Assembly (NCBI GenBank): GCA_965248925.1
Contig: CBDFLE010000006.1
Location: 1,536,001-1,600,000 of the forward strand
Source of the DNA: Candidatus Multivoradales bacterium
GTDB lineage: Bacteria > Acidobacteriota > Thermoanaerobaculia > Multivoradales > J023
Direction of reading: 5' to 3'
DNA length: 64,000 bases
Shown: in pieces, positions 9,779 through 21,228 of the stretch
Layout of the letters: the number at the start of each line of letters is the position of its first letter
Position numbering within the stretch: the stretch's first letter is position 1
Translations under genes and position numbers: made by a program
The notes under the pieces: generated by a model
What the model was told of the DNA's origin: nothing
Seen by the model: only the letters and a program-made list of their open reading frames with translations
Database searches by the model: none

Positions 9779-12700
9779 CTAGCTTTCACCACCGAAGGGA
9801 AGGGTAGTATCGATGTCGACCGGCTTGGTATTGACGTTGGAAGTGGTGCCACCGTCGACTTGGATACCGATGAAGGGTGCTTCGGCCGAGGTTGAAATCT
9901 GCACCGAGACTTGGTGCAATTCAGCATCTTCACTCCATTTACCAAAGCCACCGAAAGTCACCGTGTCGGCCTCCCCTGATGCAGCGGTCGAGGTTCGCGA
10001 GTTGGTCGCTCGCAACCAGCTCAAGCGGCTGAGCTTGAATTCGCCGCCAGCGCTATGGTTGACGTACTCGAAAAAGGCCCGCTCCGCCGTCGCCGGATCG
10101 CAGGGGATCGAAAAGCGGTAGGAGAACTTCTCGCCGATCGACGAGGTCTTCTGGATCCAGGCTCGCTCGCCCCCGCCCTTTTTGCCGGTGGGACTGCACA
10201 GCACATTGCGAGCAGTGCCACCGACCATCGCTTCCAAACGCAAGAAGGGGTCGAGACGCGACTCCTCCACCACCACGAAGGGGGGAGTGCCATCGGCCGA
10301 GGGCGAGGGAAAGCGGAAGCCTTGCGGATAGGGAATGAAGACCTCGCCAGCAAAGCCAAACACCGTCTCACCCCCGGGACCGCGGGCAAAGCGCGCCGGC
10401 CCCTGATAGAGGAACGAATCGGCCGGTGTGCAAGGCTCGACCTTACCCAGGTTAACAAAGAGCTGCTGCACCACGAACGAGCGACACAGCAACTCGCCCA
10501 AGATGCGTCCGCTGCGTAGATCTATAGCTCCGATCGCCAGATTGTTGGGATCCAGCGACGACGACAGCTTGGTCTGGTTATAGGTCACGCCGCTAGGAAA
10601 AACCAGCTGCTCGTTGAAACCCACCATGCCGCGAGCGGTGCCCGGAGGCAGATAGGGCAGGGGCTCCGGATCGGGGCTTAACAAGCCGCCAGGCGGCAGG
10701 AAGCTCAGCGCTAGCGGCACGGTGTCCCCTGAACGCGGCCCAAACTGCATCCGCAACCGCCCCATCAAGTGCGAGCGCCCCGTGCCCTCGCCGCCCAACT
10801 CGTCGATATTGAGACCGAAAACGTCGCCAAAACTAGTGTTATGCACCCCGGGCGAAAGCTCCATCACCGTGTTGACCGGAATCTCCGGCAGCTCCGCCGC
10901 GGGCAGCTGCGGCCCGAGATCCTCCTTGGTGGTCAGCACCAGGTGCGGATGCAGCGTCGTTCCACGAGCGACAATCGAGGCACACTGCAGCCGCGGATTG
11001 CCAAAAGGCAAGGGAAAACGGATCGGATCGCCGCCAAATTCCTTGCCCAGGGGCAAGAACAGGTGGCCGGCGAAGCTGAAATCGAGCCGCCCGTCCGAGC
11101 GCTGTTCGAAACGCGCCCAGGTCGAACCGGCATTGGGCGGCCCAGGAAAAATCAACGGCGCCGCCGGCAAATTGGGATTGACCCCAAACAATGTCAGCGT
11201 CGGAGTGTTGAGGAATAAGGTAGCAAAGCGCAGGTTGGTGACCACGCCGGTGTCGAGATTCAGCTCCCCCGAGGACACCAACCCCGGCACGTCCTGAACA
11301 AAATTTAGCTGCGATGGCAGCTTGAACATCTTCGGTGCCGCCAAGGTGCCGTCGTCACCCGCGAGTCCACCCGGCAGAGTGATTTCGAAGCGACTGATAT
11401 GGCTGCTATCGGGCTCGGCAAAGCGAATTCTCACCTCTCCCTGCAAATGGCTGTCGGTCATCGCCAAGCCACCGAAGAAAGTGTTGCCACTGGCGCCAAA
11501 GGTCGGCAGACCTTCCAAGAATGGTTTTTCTTCAGGAAAGTCCACCGCCCGCAAGGCGTCGCCAAAATAGCTGCCGACCTTGTTCAACGACAGCGTCTGC
11601 TCCAACCCCTCGGGCAGCACCAGGGAAACCTCCAGGTGGGGATCGGACAAGCCACCGGCGGGAATACCCACCGCCGGCTCACAGCAGTTGGCCTGCTTCA
11701 CTCCGCCGATATCGAAGGGGGGATCCAGATAAGTGGTCTGGATGGGAAAGATATTCAGCTTGTCCGGCTCGAAAGGCGGATAGAGGTTGATCAGCGACGG
11801 ATCCGGCGGCGGCAGCGGCGGCAGCTCGGCGGCGGTGCGCGGCTGTAGGTATTCGTCGGTGAAAGTCGGCCCGTCGGCGACCTTCGACAGAGTGTTGGCA
11901 TCCGCGGCGGCGATCGCCTCGACATCGACCTCGGCAAACGACTGGTCGTAAGTCTGGTTGAGGAAGCGCAGCAAGTCGTTGGCGATCAACGCGTGGCCGG
12001 TACGACCCGGATAGACCCCGTTGAGCAAGTACAGCCCCCCCAAGTAGGAGGTGCTGAGTTGCCTGCCTCCCACCTCGACGCCGGACTCTGCCAGGTCGGC
12101 CAGGAAGCCGCCCAGATCCCAAACCACCGCGCCATGGGCCTGCGCCTGGCGGCGGATTGCTTGGTTGAGCTTGGCCACTCCGCGCCGCACGCGCTCGGCA
12201 TCGGCGGCGGACAGCACCGAGCCAGAGTTTAGCTGCTCGCCCAGCTGCCGAGCGGTGAACTGGTACCCGAGTTCGATCAAAGCCGGCAGATTGATCAAGT
12301 CTCCTTCGGCCAGGGCGAAGCGACCGCGCAAGAAGGAAGCTTCGGTGCGTATAATATGCGCCGCGCTCTCGAGATCAGAGAAGTAGGCGGTAGCCAAAGG
12401 GTCAGGAATCGTGGCCACTACCAAGCTGCGTTTCTTGGTCGCCAAGGCCGCCAGCAGCCGGCCGTAGTGGTCTTCAAAGCCAGCCAAATCCGCCGCCTTG
12501 GGATCTTGCAGAAAGCCATCCGCTAGAGGTTCGAGAACCTCCTGATAGCCCAACGCCACCAAGGCCAGGGTCGGACGCCGGCTACGGGCATACTCCAATT
12601 GGGTAGGCAGCTTGGCGCCCGCGCGAGTCAGGCTCGGAAGCCCGAGAATCAGGTTGAGAAGGGTTTGTTTGGCGTCTCCACTCTGTACCAGCGGCGCGCT

Positions 12701-13018
12701 TGGACGGCGCCCCAAAGCCTCAGCGAGCCGCAGCCCCGGCACCGACAGATTCGATAGATCGGCCGCATCGCGAGGAAAATCACAGAGTACGGAGGTCTGC
12801 AACAAGTCGGGCACGATCGCCGGCTGCTGGCGGAAACCCACATCGCCCACGCCGGGTGGTTGCAGCAGCGGTTGGGCAAAGGAAAGGCCGAGACGTTCGG
12901 CGACCAGCGCCGGGTAGCTGTAGGCCTGAATGTCCTCGCTGAGGCTGAAATGACCCACTCCGGCGGCCATGCCTTCGCCAAGGACGACGAAGGTTCTGGT
13001 ATCGAGCACCCGTTTCAT
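9779..13018 (-). CDS. SGNH/GDSL-like domain lacking catalytic residues, fused to two repeated beta-rich domains
   Basis: N-terminal ~370 aa align by eye with the lipase at 48437-50047 (SYPAL, QP..PG, NL.VPG, L.T...GGL). GGAGGAG RBS before ATG 13018. Confidence 0.8.
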   Translation of the reverse strand: MKRVLDTRTFVVLGEGMAAGVGHFSLSEDIQAYSYPALVAERLGLSFAQPLLQPPGVGDVGFRQQPAIVPDLLQTSVLCDFPRDAADLSNLSVPGLRLAEALGRRPSAPLVQSGDAKQTLLNLILGLPSLTRAGAKLPTQLEYARSRRPTLALVALGYQEVLEPLADGFLQDPKAADLAGFEDHYGRLLAALATKKRSLVVATIPDPLATAYFSDLESAAHIIRTEASFLRGRFALAEGDLINLPALIELGYQFTARQLGEQLNSGSVLSAADAERVRRGVAKLNQAIRRQAQAHGAVVWDLGGFLADLAESGVEVGGRQLSTSYLGGLYLLNGVYPGRTGHALIANDLLRFLNQTYDQSFAEVDVEAIAAADANTLSKVADGPTFTDEYLQPRTAAELPPLPPPDPSLINLYPPFEPDKLNIFPIQTTYLDPPFDIGGVKQANCCEPAVGIPAGGLSDPHLEVSLVLPEGLEQTLSLNKVGSYFGDALRAVDFPEEKPFLEGLPTFGASGNTFFGGLAMTDSHLQGEVRIRFAEPDSSHISRFEITLPGGLAGDDGTLAAPKMFKLPSQLNFVQDVPGLVSSGELNLDTGVVTNLRFATLFLNTPTLTLFGVNPNLPAAPLIFPGPPNAGSTWARFEQRSDGRLDFSFAGHLFLPLGKEFGGDPIRFPLPFGNPRLQCASIVARGTTLHPHLVLTTKEDLGPQLPAAELPEIPVNTVMELSPGVHNTSFGDVFGLNIDELGGEGTGRSHLMGRLRMQFGPRSGDTVPLALSFLPPGGLLSPDPEPLPYLPPGTARGMVGFNEQLVFPSGVTYNQTKLSSSLDPNNLAIGAIDLRSGRILGELLCRSFVVQQLFVNLGKVEPCTPADSFLYQGPARFARGPGGETVFGFAGEVFIPYPQGFRFPSPSADGTPPFVVVEESRLDPFLRLEAMVGGTARNVLCSPTGKKGGGERAWIQKTSSIGEKFSYRFSIPCDPATAERAFFEYVNHSAGGEFKLSRLSWLRATNSRTSTAASGEADTVTFGGFGKWSEDAELHQVSVQISTSAEAPFIGIQVDGGTTSNVNTKPVDIDTTLPFGGES

Positions 13019-13411
13019 CGGTCTCCTCCCCACGGGTCACGGCAAGGACAGTCGCCCAGCCGACACCTGTCGGATGATCTGAGTGAAGCGAAGCCGCCGC
13101 GCCCGAACCGCGCCACGAATTCGCTCAGCGCCCTGGATACGACTCCAGAACAACCTTACTTCCCGCTGAACCGCGAATAGGAATGACCCGGTTGCGGGAT
13201 CGCGCACCGGAATCACCGGAACCGCCTAGCTTGGGCGGCGATGGGAGAACCAGAAACAACAGAGCAATAGTCAGATAAATCCTATCACGAGCAGGGTGCT
13301 CGAAGAGTCCTAGCACCAAAGTCTGTGCCGCTGGCGGATCTATGGGCGCGCCTGCGGATAGAATTGAGCAAAGATCATCGATCAGCGACCGACTCTCGAG
13401 GACCCTCGACC

Positions 13412-14005
13412 ATGACACTCCATTTGATTCTACTTCTCGCTGCCCTGGCCGCGGCCTCGTCGGCAACCGACACCCCCCACCAACCCGCAGTTCCCGCCGA
13501 CTACGGCCAGCCGCACCCCGAAGCACCTGCCGAGCTACGTCAATTCGCCTTCTTGGTCGGCGCCTGGGATTGCAGCGGCGTGGTCTTGGCCGAAGACGGC
13601 GTTTTCGAGCCCTTTCGCGCCACCATGGTGGGCCGCTACATCCTCGATGGCCTGGCGATTGAGGACGTCTACCGACAGTACGACAGCGGCGGCGAACTCC
13701 AGCACTTCGGCGCCACCTACCGCTCCTACGACACCGACGGCAAGCGCTGGGTAATGAAATTCCACGATGCCCTGGCCTCGACCTGGCTCGACCTCGGCCC
13801 GGTGGACCTCGGTGGGGTCGAGGTCAGCAAAGAGAAGATCAGCTTTCAACACCGCCTCGAACCCGGTGGCCTGATCCGGGTTACTTTCTCGCAGATTTCG
13901 GCCACGGGCTTCGCCTGGCAGGCCGAACTGTCGGGGGACGGTGGCGCCAACTGGCGGCAGGTGATGACTCTGCGAGCGCGGCCAGCCGGATCCGGCGGCG
14001 GCTGA
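13412..14005 (+). CDS. Secreted hypothetical protein (DUF1579-like beta barrel)
   Basis: Signal peptide; LRQFAFLVGAW, RYILDG and SGDGGANW patterns. Confidence 0.7.
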   Translation: MTLHLILLLAALAAASSATDTPHQPAVPADYGQPHPEAPAELRQFAFLVGAWDCSGVVLAEDGVFEPFRATMVGRYILDGLAIEDVYRQYDSGGELQHFGATYRSYDTDGKRWVMKFHDALASTWLDLGPVDLGGVEVSKEKISFQHRLEPGGLIRVTFSQISATGFAWQAELSGDGGANWRQVMTLRARPAGSGGG

Positions 14006-14018
14006 GACGAGGCGCAGG

Positions 14019-15164
14019 TCAACCGCCGAGGGAGACTCGAAACGCTAAGGCAAGTGGCTCGCCCGGGGCGCCAAGCGAGCCCTTGCTCGGCGCGTCAAAT
14101 AGCCGCCGAGGGCTGTTGCCGGCGAGATCTTCAAGCGCCGGGTCAATGCGCACTGCATAGTCACCCGCCGACCAGGGAGAGGAGGGAAGAAACCGCCACC
14201 CGCTTTCGCCGGGCTCGATCTGGACCTCGCCAACCAGCCGTTGGCCAGCAGCGTTCTCGACCCACACCATGCGACTGAGCAACGCATGATCGAGTGGCTC
14301 AGCGAAGTTCAGCACTAGTTCTGCCGCGGAACCGGCTGGCGCTAGCAGCCGCCAATCTTGCGGCCGTGGCGATTGCCGATCGGCCACGACCACCTGAAAG
14401 ACCTTCTCGAAAGGCTCGGTAAGGGCTTGAGACCGGCCGTCCAGCCAGCCCGCCGCTATCACCAGGCGATAGCTCTGGCCGGCTTGCAAGGTGGGGCCAA
14501 GCTCCTCGTGCGGGCCCACCCCACGTTTGATGCGTCCGGGATCGAAGACCAGCGTCAAGCGATCGGTGGCCGGATTCCACAACTCCTGCTGCGGCACCAC
14601 GAAGGGGTTGGTCACTTCCGTACCGGTGGCGTCGAACAACTTGATCTGCCGAGCTGCTTCGCCACGCGACATCGAGGCCGAGAATTGGACATAGAACCTC
14701 AGCTGGTTCTGAGGCAGCCGATCGGTGCTGGGATAGACCGCTACAACCCTCGCCGGTGGACCCGCGAAGGGCGCCGGAAATGCAAAACTGGCCTCGGCCA
14801 AGACCGTGTCGCCGTTCTTCCAGGCCGCGACGTAGGGCTGCTCGGGAACCAGTGGGAAGCGGGGATCGAAACCCACTATTCCGTCGACGACTCGCCAGTC
14901 GCCCAACAACATGGGTTGGTCAGTCGCGGCAGCCGGCAGCACACTGCCGGTGTAAACCGGAAAACGGGCCGCCCAGCCACCTGCATCGGCTCGCCGGGCA
15001 AACTGCCGAACGAGTGCTGGATCGAGGCCGTGCACTTCGATCTGACCGGCACCCGCCGCATCGATCACGAATACCACTTGTGGTGGCGCCGATGGCTGCT
15101 CGGCGGCAACACAGCCGAGGACGCCGATCAACATCACCCACCAGCGATGGCGCAGAATTCTCAT
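14019..15164 (-). CDS. Putative lipoprotein with Ig-like domains
   Basis: Lipobox-like VLGC; YPSTDRLPQNQLRFYVQFSASM; LEDLAGN Ig-like C-terminal motif. Confidence 0.75.
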   Translation of the reverse strand: MRILRHRWWVMLIGVLGCVAAEQPSAPPQVVFVIDAAGAGQIEVHGLDPALVRQFARRADAGGWAARFPVYTGSVLPAAATDQPMLLGDWRVVDGIVGFDPRFPLVPEQPYVAAWKNGDTVLAEASFAFPAPFAGPPARVVAVYPSTDRLPQNQLRFYVQFSASMSRGEAARQIKLFDATGTEVTNPFVVPQQELWNPATDRLTLVFDPGRIKRGVGPHEELGPTLQAGQSYRLVIAAGWLDGRSQALTEPFEKVFQVVVADRQSPRPQDWRLLAPAGSAAELVLNFAEPLDHALLSRMVWVENAAGQRLVGEVQIEPGESGWRFLPSSPWSAGDYAVRIDPALEDLAGNSPRRLFDAPSKGSLGAPGEPLALAFRVSLGG

Positions 15165-15180
15165 ATCGATCGGCCGTCGC

Positions 15181-16302
15181 TTAGAACTTCCGAGTGGTCG
15201 CTAGCCGCAGGGCACCGTTGTCCAAAGAACGTCCTAGCATCAGCAAGTTGTCCGCATCGTAGTCGGCAACCTGAGCAACTGCGCCCAGCGGTACCTGCAT
15301 GATCTCGACACCGTCCCCAGGATTGGCCCGCGCAGTGATCCCGTCCGTGGCCGCAGCGGCCTCGATGTCGGCCTGCTTCAGGCGCATTACCCCGCGCGAG
15401 GAATTGTTGATCAAGACATTTCGCTGACCTCCTTTCTCGTAGACCACGATGTCGGTGGGGATATTGCCAAAGCCCAACTCGGCGATAGTCTTGCCGCGCA
15501 TTCGATCACTGGCGCGCAACTCGTCGAGAGGGAAAGTCACCAACGGAGTGCAGAGATAGCCTGCCAACAGATGGGTCTTACCAGCGATCTCGTAGGGAGC
15601 GAACGAGAAAATCGGCGCGAAGGTCTCCCACTGACCGTGGGCGCCATGGAAGATCTCCAAGCCAGTGGCAACGGTCTTGGCACTGAAGGGATAGGGCACC
15701 CGGCGGAGTACGGAAGCGAATTCCTCGTTCGACAGACCGGCGATAAACAGCTCGCTGTCGATGAATTCTAAGTCGGTGACCGTCAGGCTGCGCGATTCCC
15801 ATTTGTACACTTTGGCGTCGGCCTTGGGTAGGTCATTGAGCACCAGCCGCGAGTGGCGCACCTGGTCGAGCACCAACTCGGCTATCTTGCCGCCGCGGCC
15901 GATGGTCAGGATCACCGGCCGGGCATCGTCGCCCCGTCCCCTCATGACCGAGATAAAGGCTCGGCCGCTGCCCTTTTGCACCGCGAGATCCTGGATGCTG
16001 ATATCGCGTGCGCCAGTACCCAGCATGGCACCAATCTTCTGATCAAGATCCTCGACGGCCTGAAACTCAGCCGTGCTGGTCGGCGGATCGCCGACATCGA
16101 TCGCCCACACCGCGCCGCCTTGGGAATCGGCCACGAACAACACCCCGGCGGGCCCGAACGCCAATGCGCCAACCGACTTCAGCTCGACTTTGCCGAGCCG
16201 CATCGAATCAGCTTCTTTGCCAGTCAGTGTCAATGTCACTGCCAGAGCAAGACCGAGTAGACCTAGTAGAATCCGGGCTGGGGTCATTTTCTGCACTTGC
16301 AT
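15181..16302 (-). CDS. Secreted hypothetical protein, probable beta-propeller
   Basis: AAGGAGG RBS before ATG 16302; signal peptide; LAFGPAGVLFVADS blade-like motif; GLSNEEFAS, EIFHGAHG, YLCTPLV. Confidence 0.8.
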   Translation of the reverse strand: MQVQKMTPARILLGLLGLALAVTLTLTGKEADSMRLGKVELKSVGALAFGPAGVLFVADSQGGAVWAIDVGDPPTSTAEFQAVEDLDQKIGAMLGTGARDISIQDLAVQKGSGRAFISVMRGRGDDARPVILTIGRGGKIAELVLDQVRHSRLVLNDLPKADAKVYKWESRSLTVTDLEFIDSELFIAGLSNEEFASVLRRVPYPFSAKTVATGLEIFHGAHGQWETFAPIFSFAPYEIAGKTHLLAGYLCTPLVTFPLDELRASDRMRGKTIAELGFGNIPTDIVVYEKGGQRNVLINNSSRGVMRLKQADIEAAAATDGITARANPGDGVEIMQVPLGAVAQVADYDADNLLMLGRSLDNGALRLATTRKF

Positions 16303-16768
16303 GGAAGCTCCTCCTTGGACCAGAACCGAGGTAAGAAAGAATAGGGATTCGCTCTCCCATACGGAGCCCGCGCCAAGATTGTTCACCCGCGATGCGAAAA
16401 GCAACCCTGAACGGCCGAAGGGGACCGGAAAACCGGTCCCCTTGGGATGGAGCCGGTTGCCCGTTGAGTGAGGGGCGTCCGGCAGAGGCAGGTTATGGGA
16501 CAAGAACGGAGCTACTCGTTCAAAGCTACTTGCTCCGCCGTTGGGGCTCTTTTTGTTGATGCCGAAATCACGAGTGCAACTCGGTGAGCCCCGGCGAGAA
16601 ATCTGGTCGGAAAGTCCCGACCTCGTTTCCATAGATACATACGAACGTGCGCGCCAATCTGTTTCTTTTACTCGATCTTCTTTACACTTCGGTGACGAAT
16701 CCACAACTCCGCGGGATTGCCCGCTAGCTCGGCGTGATGGCGACCGGGCCAATTCCAAGCCCCACCAC

Positions 16769-16999
16769 ATGAGCCTGCAAATTCCACCGACCACCGCTGG
16801 CGACCGCGCCGCCACCACCACCAGCGGCCTGTGCGCCGATTGCGTCTACTTGCAAGTGCTGCGTTCGCGGCGTAGCACCTTCATCCGCTGCGCCCGCCAC
16901 GACGACGACAGCAGCTGGCCCAGGTACCCACGGCTACCAGTGCTGCGCTGCCACGGCTTTGAACGGGCCGAGGAGGACTCGCTCGCTACCGGAGAATGA
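16769..16999 (+). CDS. Small Cys-rich, probably Zn-binding protein
   Basis: GLCADC...FIRC...PRYPRLPVLRCHGF, four Cys. Confidence 0.65.
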   Translation: MSLQIPPTTAGDRAATTTSGLCADCVYLQVLRSRRSTFIRCARHDDDSSWPRYPRLPVLRCHGFERAEEDSLATGE

Positions 17000-17025
17000 G
17001 CCGCCTGTAGTGACGTCCGATCTTC

Positions 17026-17054
17026 TTGTAAATATCTGAATTTTTGATTATCAT
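17026..17054 (+). promoter_or_regulatory. sigma70-type promoter of vapBC
   Basis: TTGTAA-N17-TATCAT ending 6 nt before ATG 17061. Confidence 0.65.
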
Positions 17055-17060
17055 AGAACC

Positions 17061-17378
17061 ATGACTCACTCCATCACCGCGACCGTGGCTGCTCGCCAAT
17101 TCTCCGACTTACTGAATCGAGTGCGCTACCGCGACGAGACCTTCGTCATCGTGCGCAACGGCGAAGAAGTTGCTCAACTCAGCAAGGTGATTTCGCCCAC
17201 CCCGCCGCTCGGTAACGGCCCCGACCTCTCTACAGCGCCGAGAAAACAGCCCAGCACCTTCCGCCAGTTGCTCTACCGCCTGGAGGCGCTGGGCTCTACC
17301 GATCCAGAATTTGCCTCCCACCTCGACGAGATTCAGACCCAGCAACCTGCAATAGACGGAGATCCATGGACCTCCTAA
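17061..17378 (+). CDS. vapB: Phd/YefM-family antitoxin
   Basis: ITATVAARQFSDLLNRV...FVIVRNGEEVA; overlaps the PIN toxin. Confidence 0.85.
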   Translation: MTHSITATVAARQFSDLLNRVRYRDETFVIVRNGEEVAQLSKVISPTPPLGNGPDLSTAPRKQPSTFRQLLYRLEALGSTDPEFASHLDEIQTQQPAIDGDPWTS

Positions 17379-17776
17379 TCGATACCAGCGTCATCATTCA
17401 GATCGAGCGGGCGAGTGCCAACTTGGAGAACCTCCCTGAGGCTCTGGGGGACGGCGCTTCCTACCTGGCCGCAATCACCGCTTCGGAGCTGTTGCACGGT
17501 GTCTACCGGGCTAACAGTGAAACCCGGCGGGCTGGCCGCCAGCGATTCGTCACGGCTGTCCTGGATTCGATTCCGCTACTTGCCTTCGGACTCGATGCCG
17601 CGATTCGGCACGCTCAACTCTGGTCTGATCTGCGTCAGCGCGGCGAGATGATCGGCGCCCACGACTTGCTCATCGCCGCCACCGCCCTCAATCACAATCT
17701 CGCGGTGCTGACCGCCAACCGGCGAGACTTCGAGCGGGTCGAGGAGCTCGAGGTGAAAGTCTGGCCGACTCTCTAG
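17366..17776 (+). CDS. vapC: PIN-domain toxin
   Basis: LIDTSVII, ITASELLHG, IGAHDLLIAATA, TANRRDF. Confidence 0.92.
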   Translation: MDLLIDTSVIIQIERASANLENLPEALGDGASYLAAITASELLHGVYRANSETRRAGRQRFVTAVLDSIPLLAFGLDAAIRHAQLWSDLRQRGEMIGAHDLLIAATALNHNLAVLTANRRDFERVEELEVKVWPTL

Positions 17777-17800
17777 GCGGGTTGCTATAGTCCCGCCGCC

Positions 17801-21022
<3,222 letters not shown>

Positions 21023-21228
21023 TGCTCTAGACCCGCCAGCTTACCGACCGGGAAGGATGGTTCGCCGCCACCACGACCCGCGCCCGCCGTCGCGGTTAGC
21101 GTTGACAGAGCAGCGAGCCTGGCGTAGCTTGGGCCGGTCTATTCGCGGAGCCCTGGTCGAACCTCGCTATCGTGAGCCCGCGGAGCGTGCTGCCATGGAG
21201 CTAGACTTGGCCCGCTCTCGGAGCTGCC

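Noticed and set aside
16390-16465. Call as a c-di-GMP-I riboswitch
   Set aside because: Only a 3'-like segment matches; GGCAAAC, the GNRA-capped P2 and GACGCAAAGC are not convincingly present. Kept only as an unassigned structured RNA.
16303-16821. Long N-terminal extension of the propeller ORF
   Set aside because: A strong RBS and a signal peptide place the start at 16302; the extension crosses the structured intergenic region.
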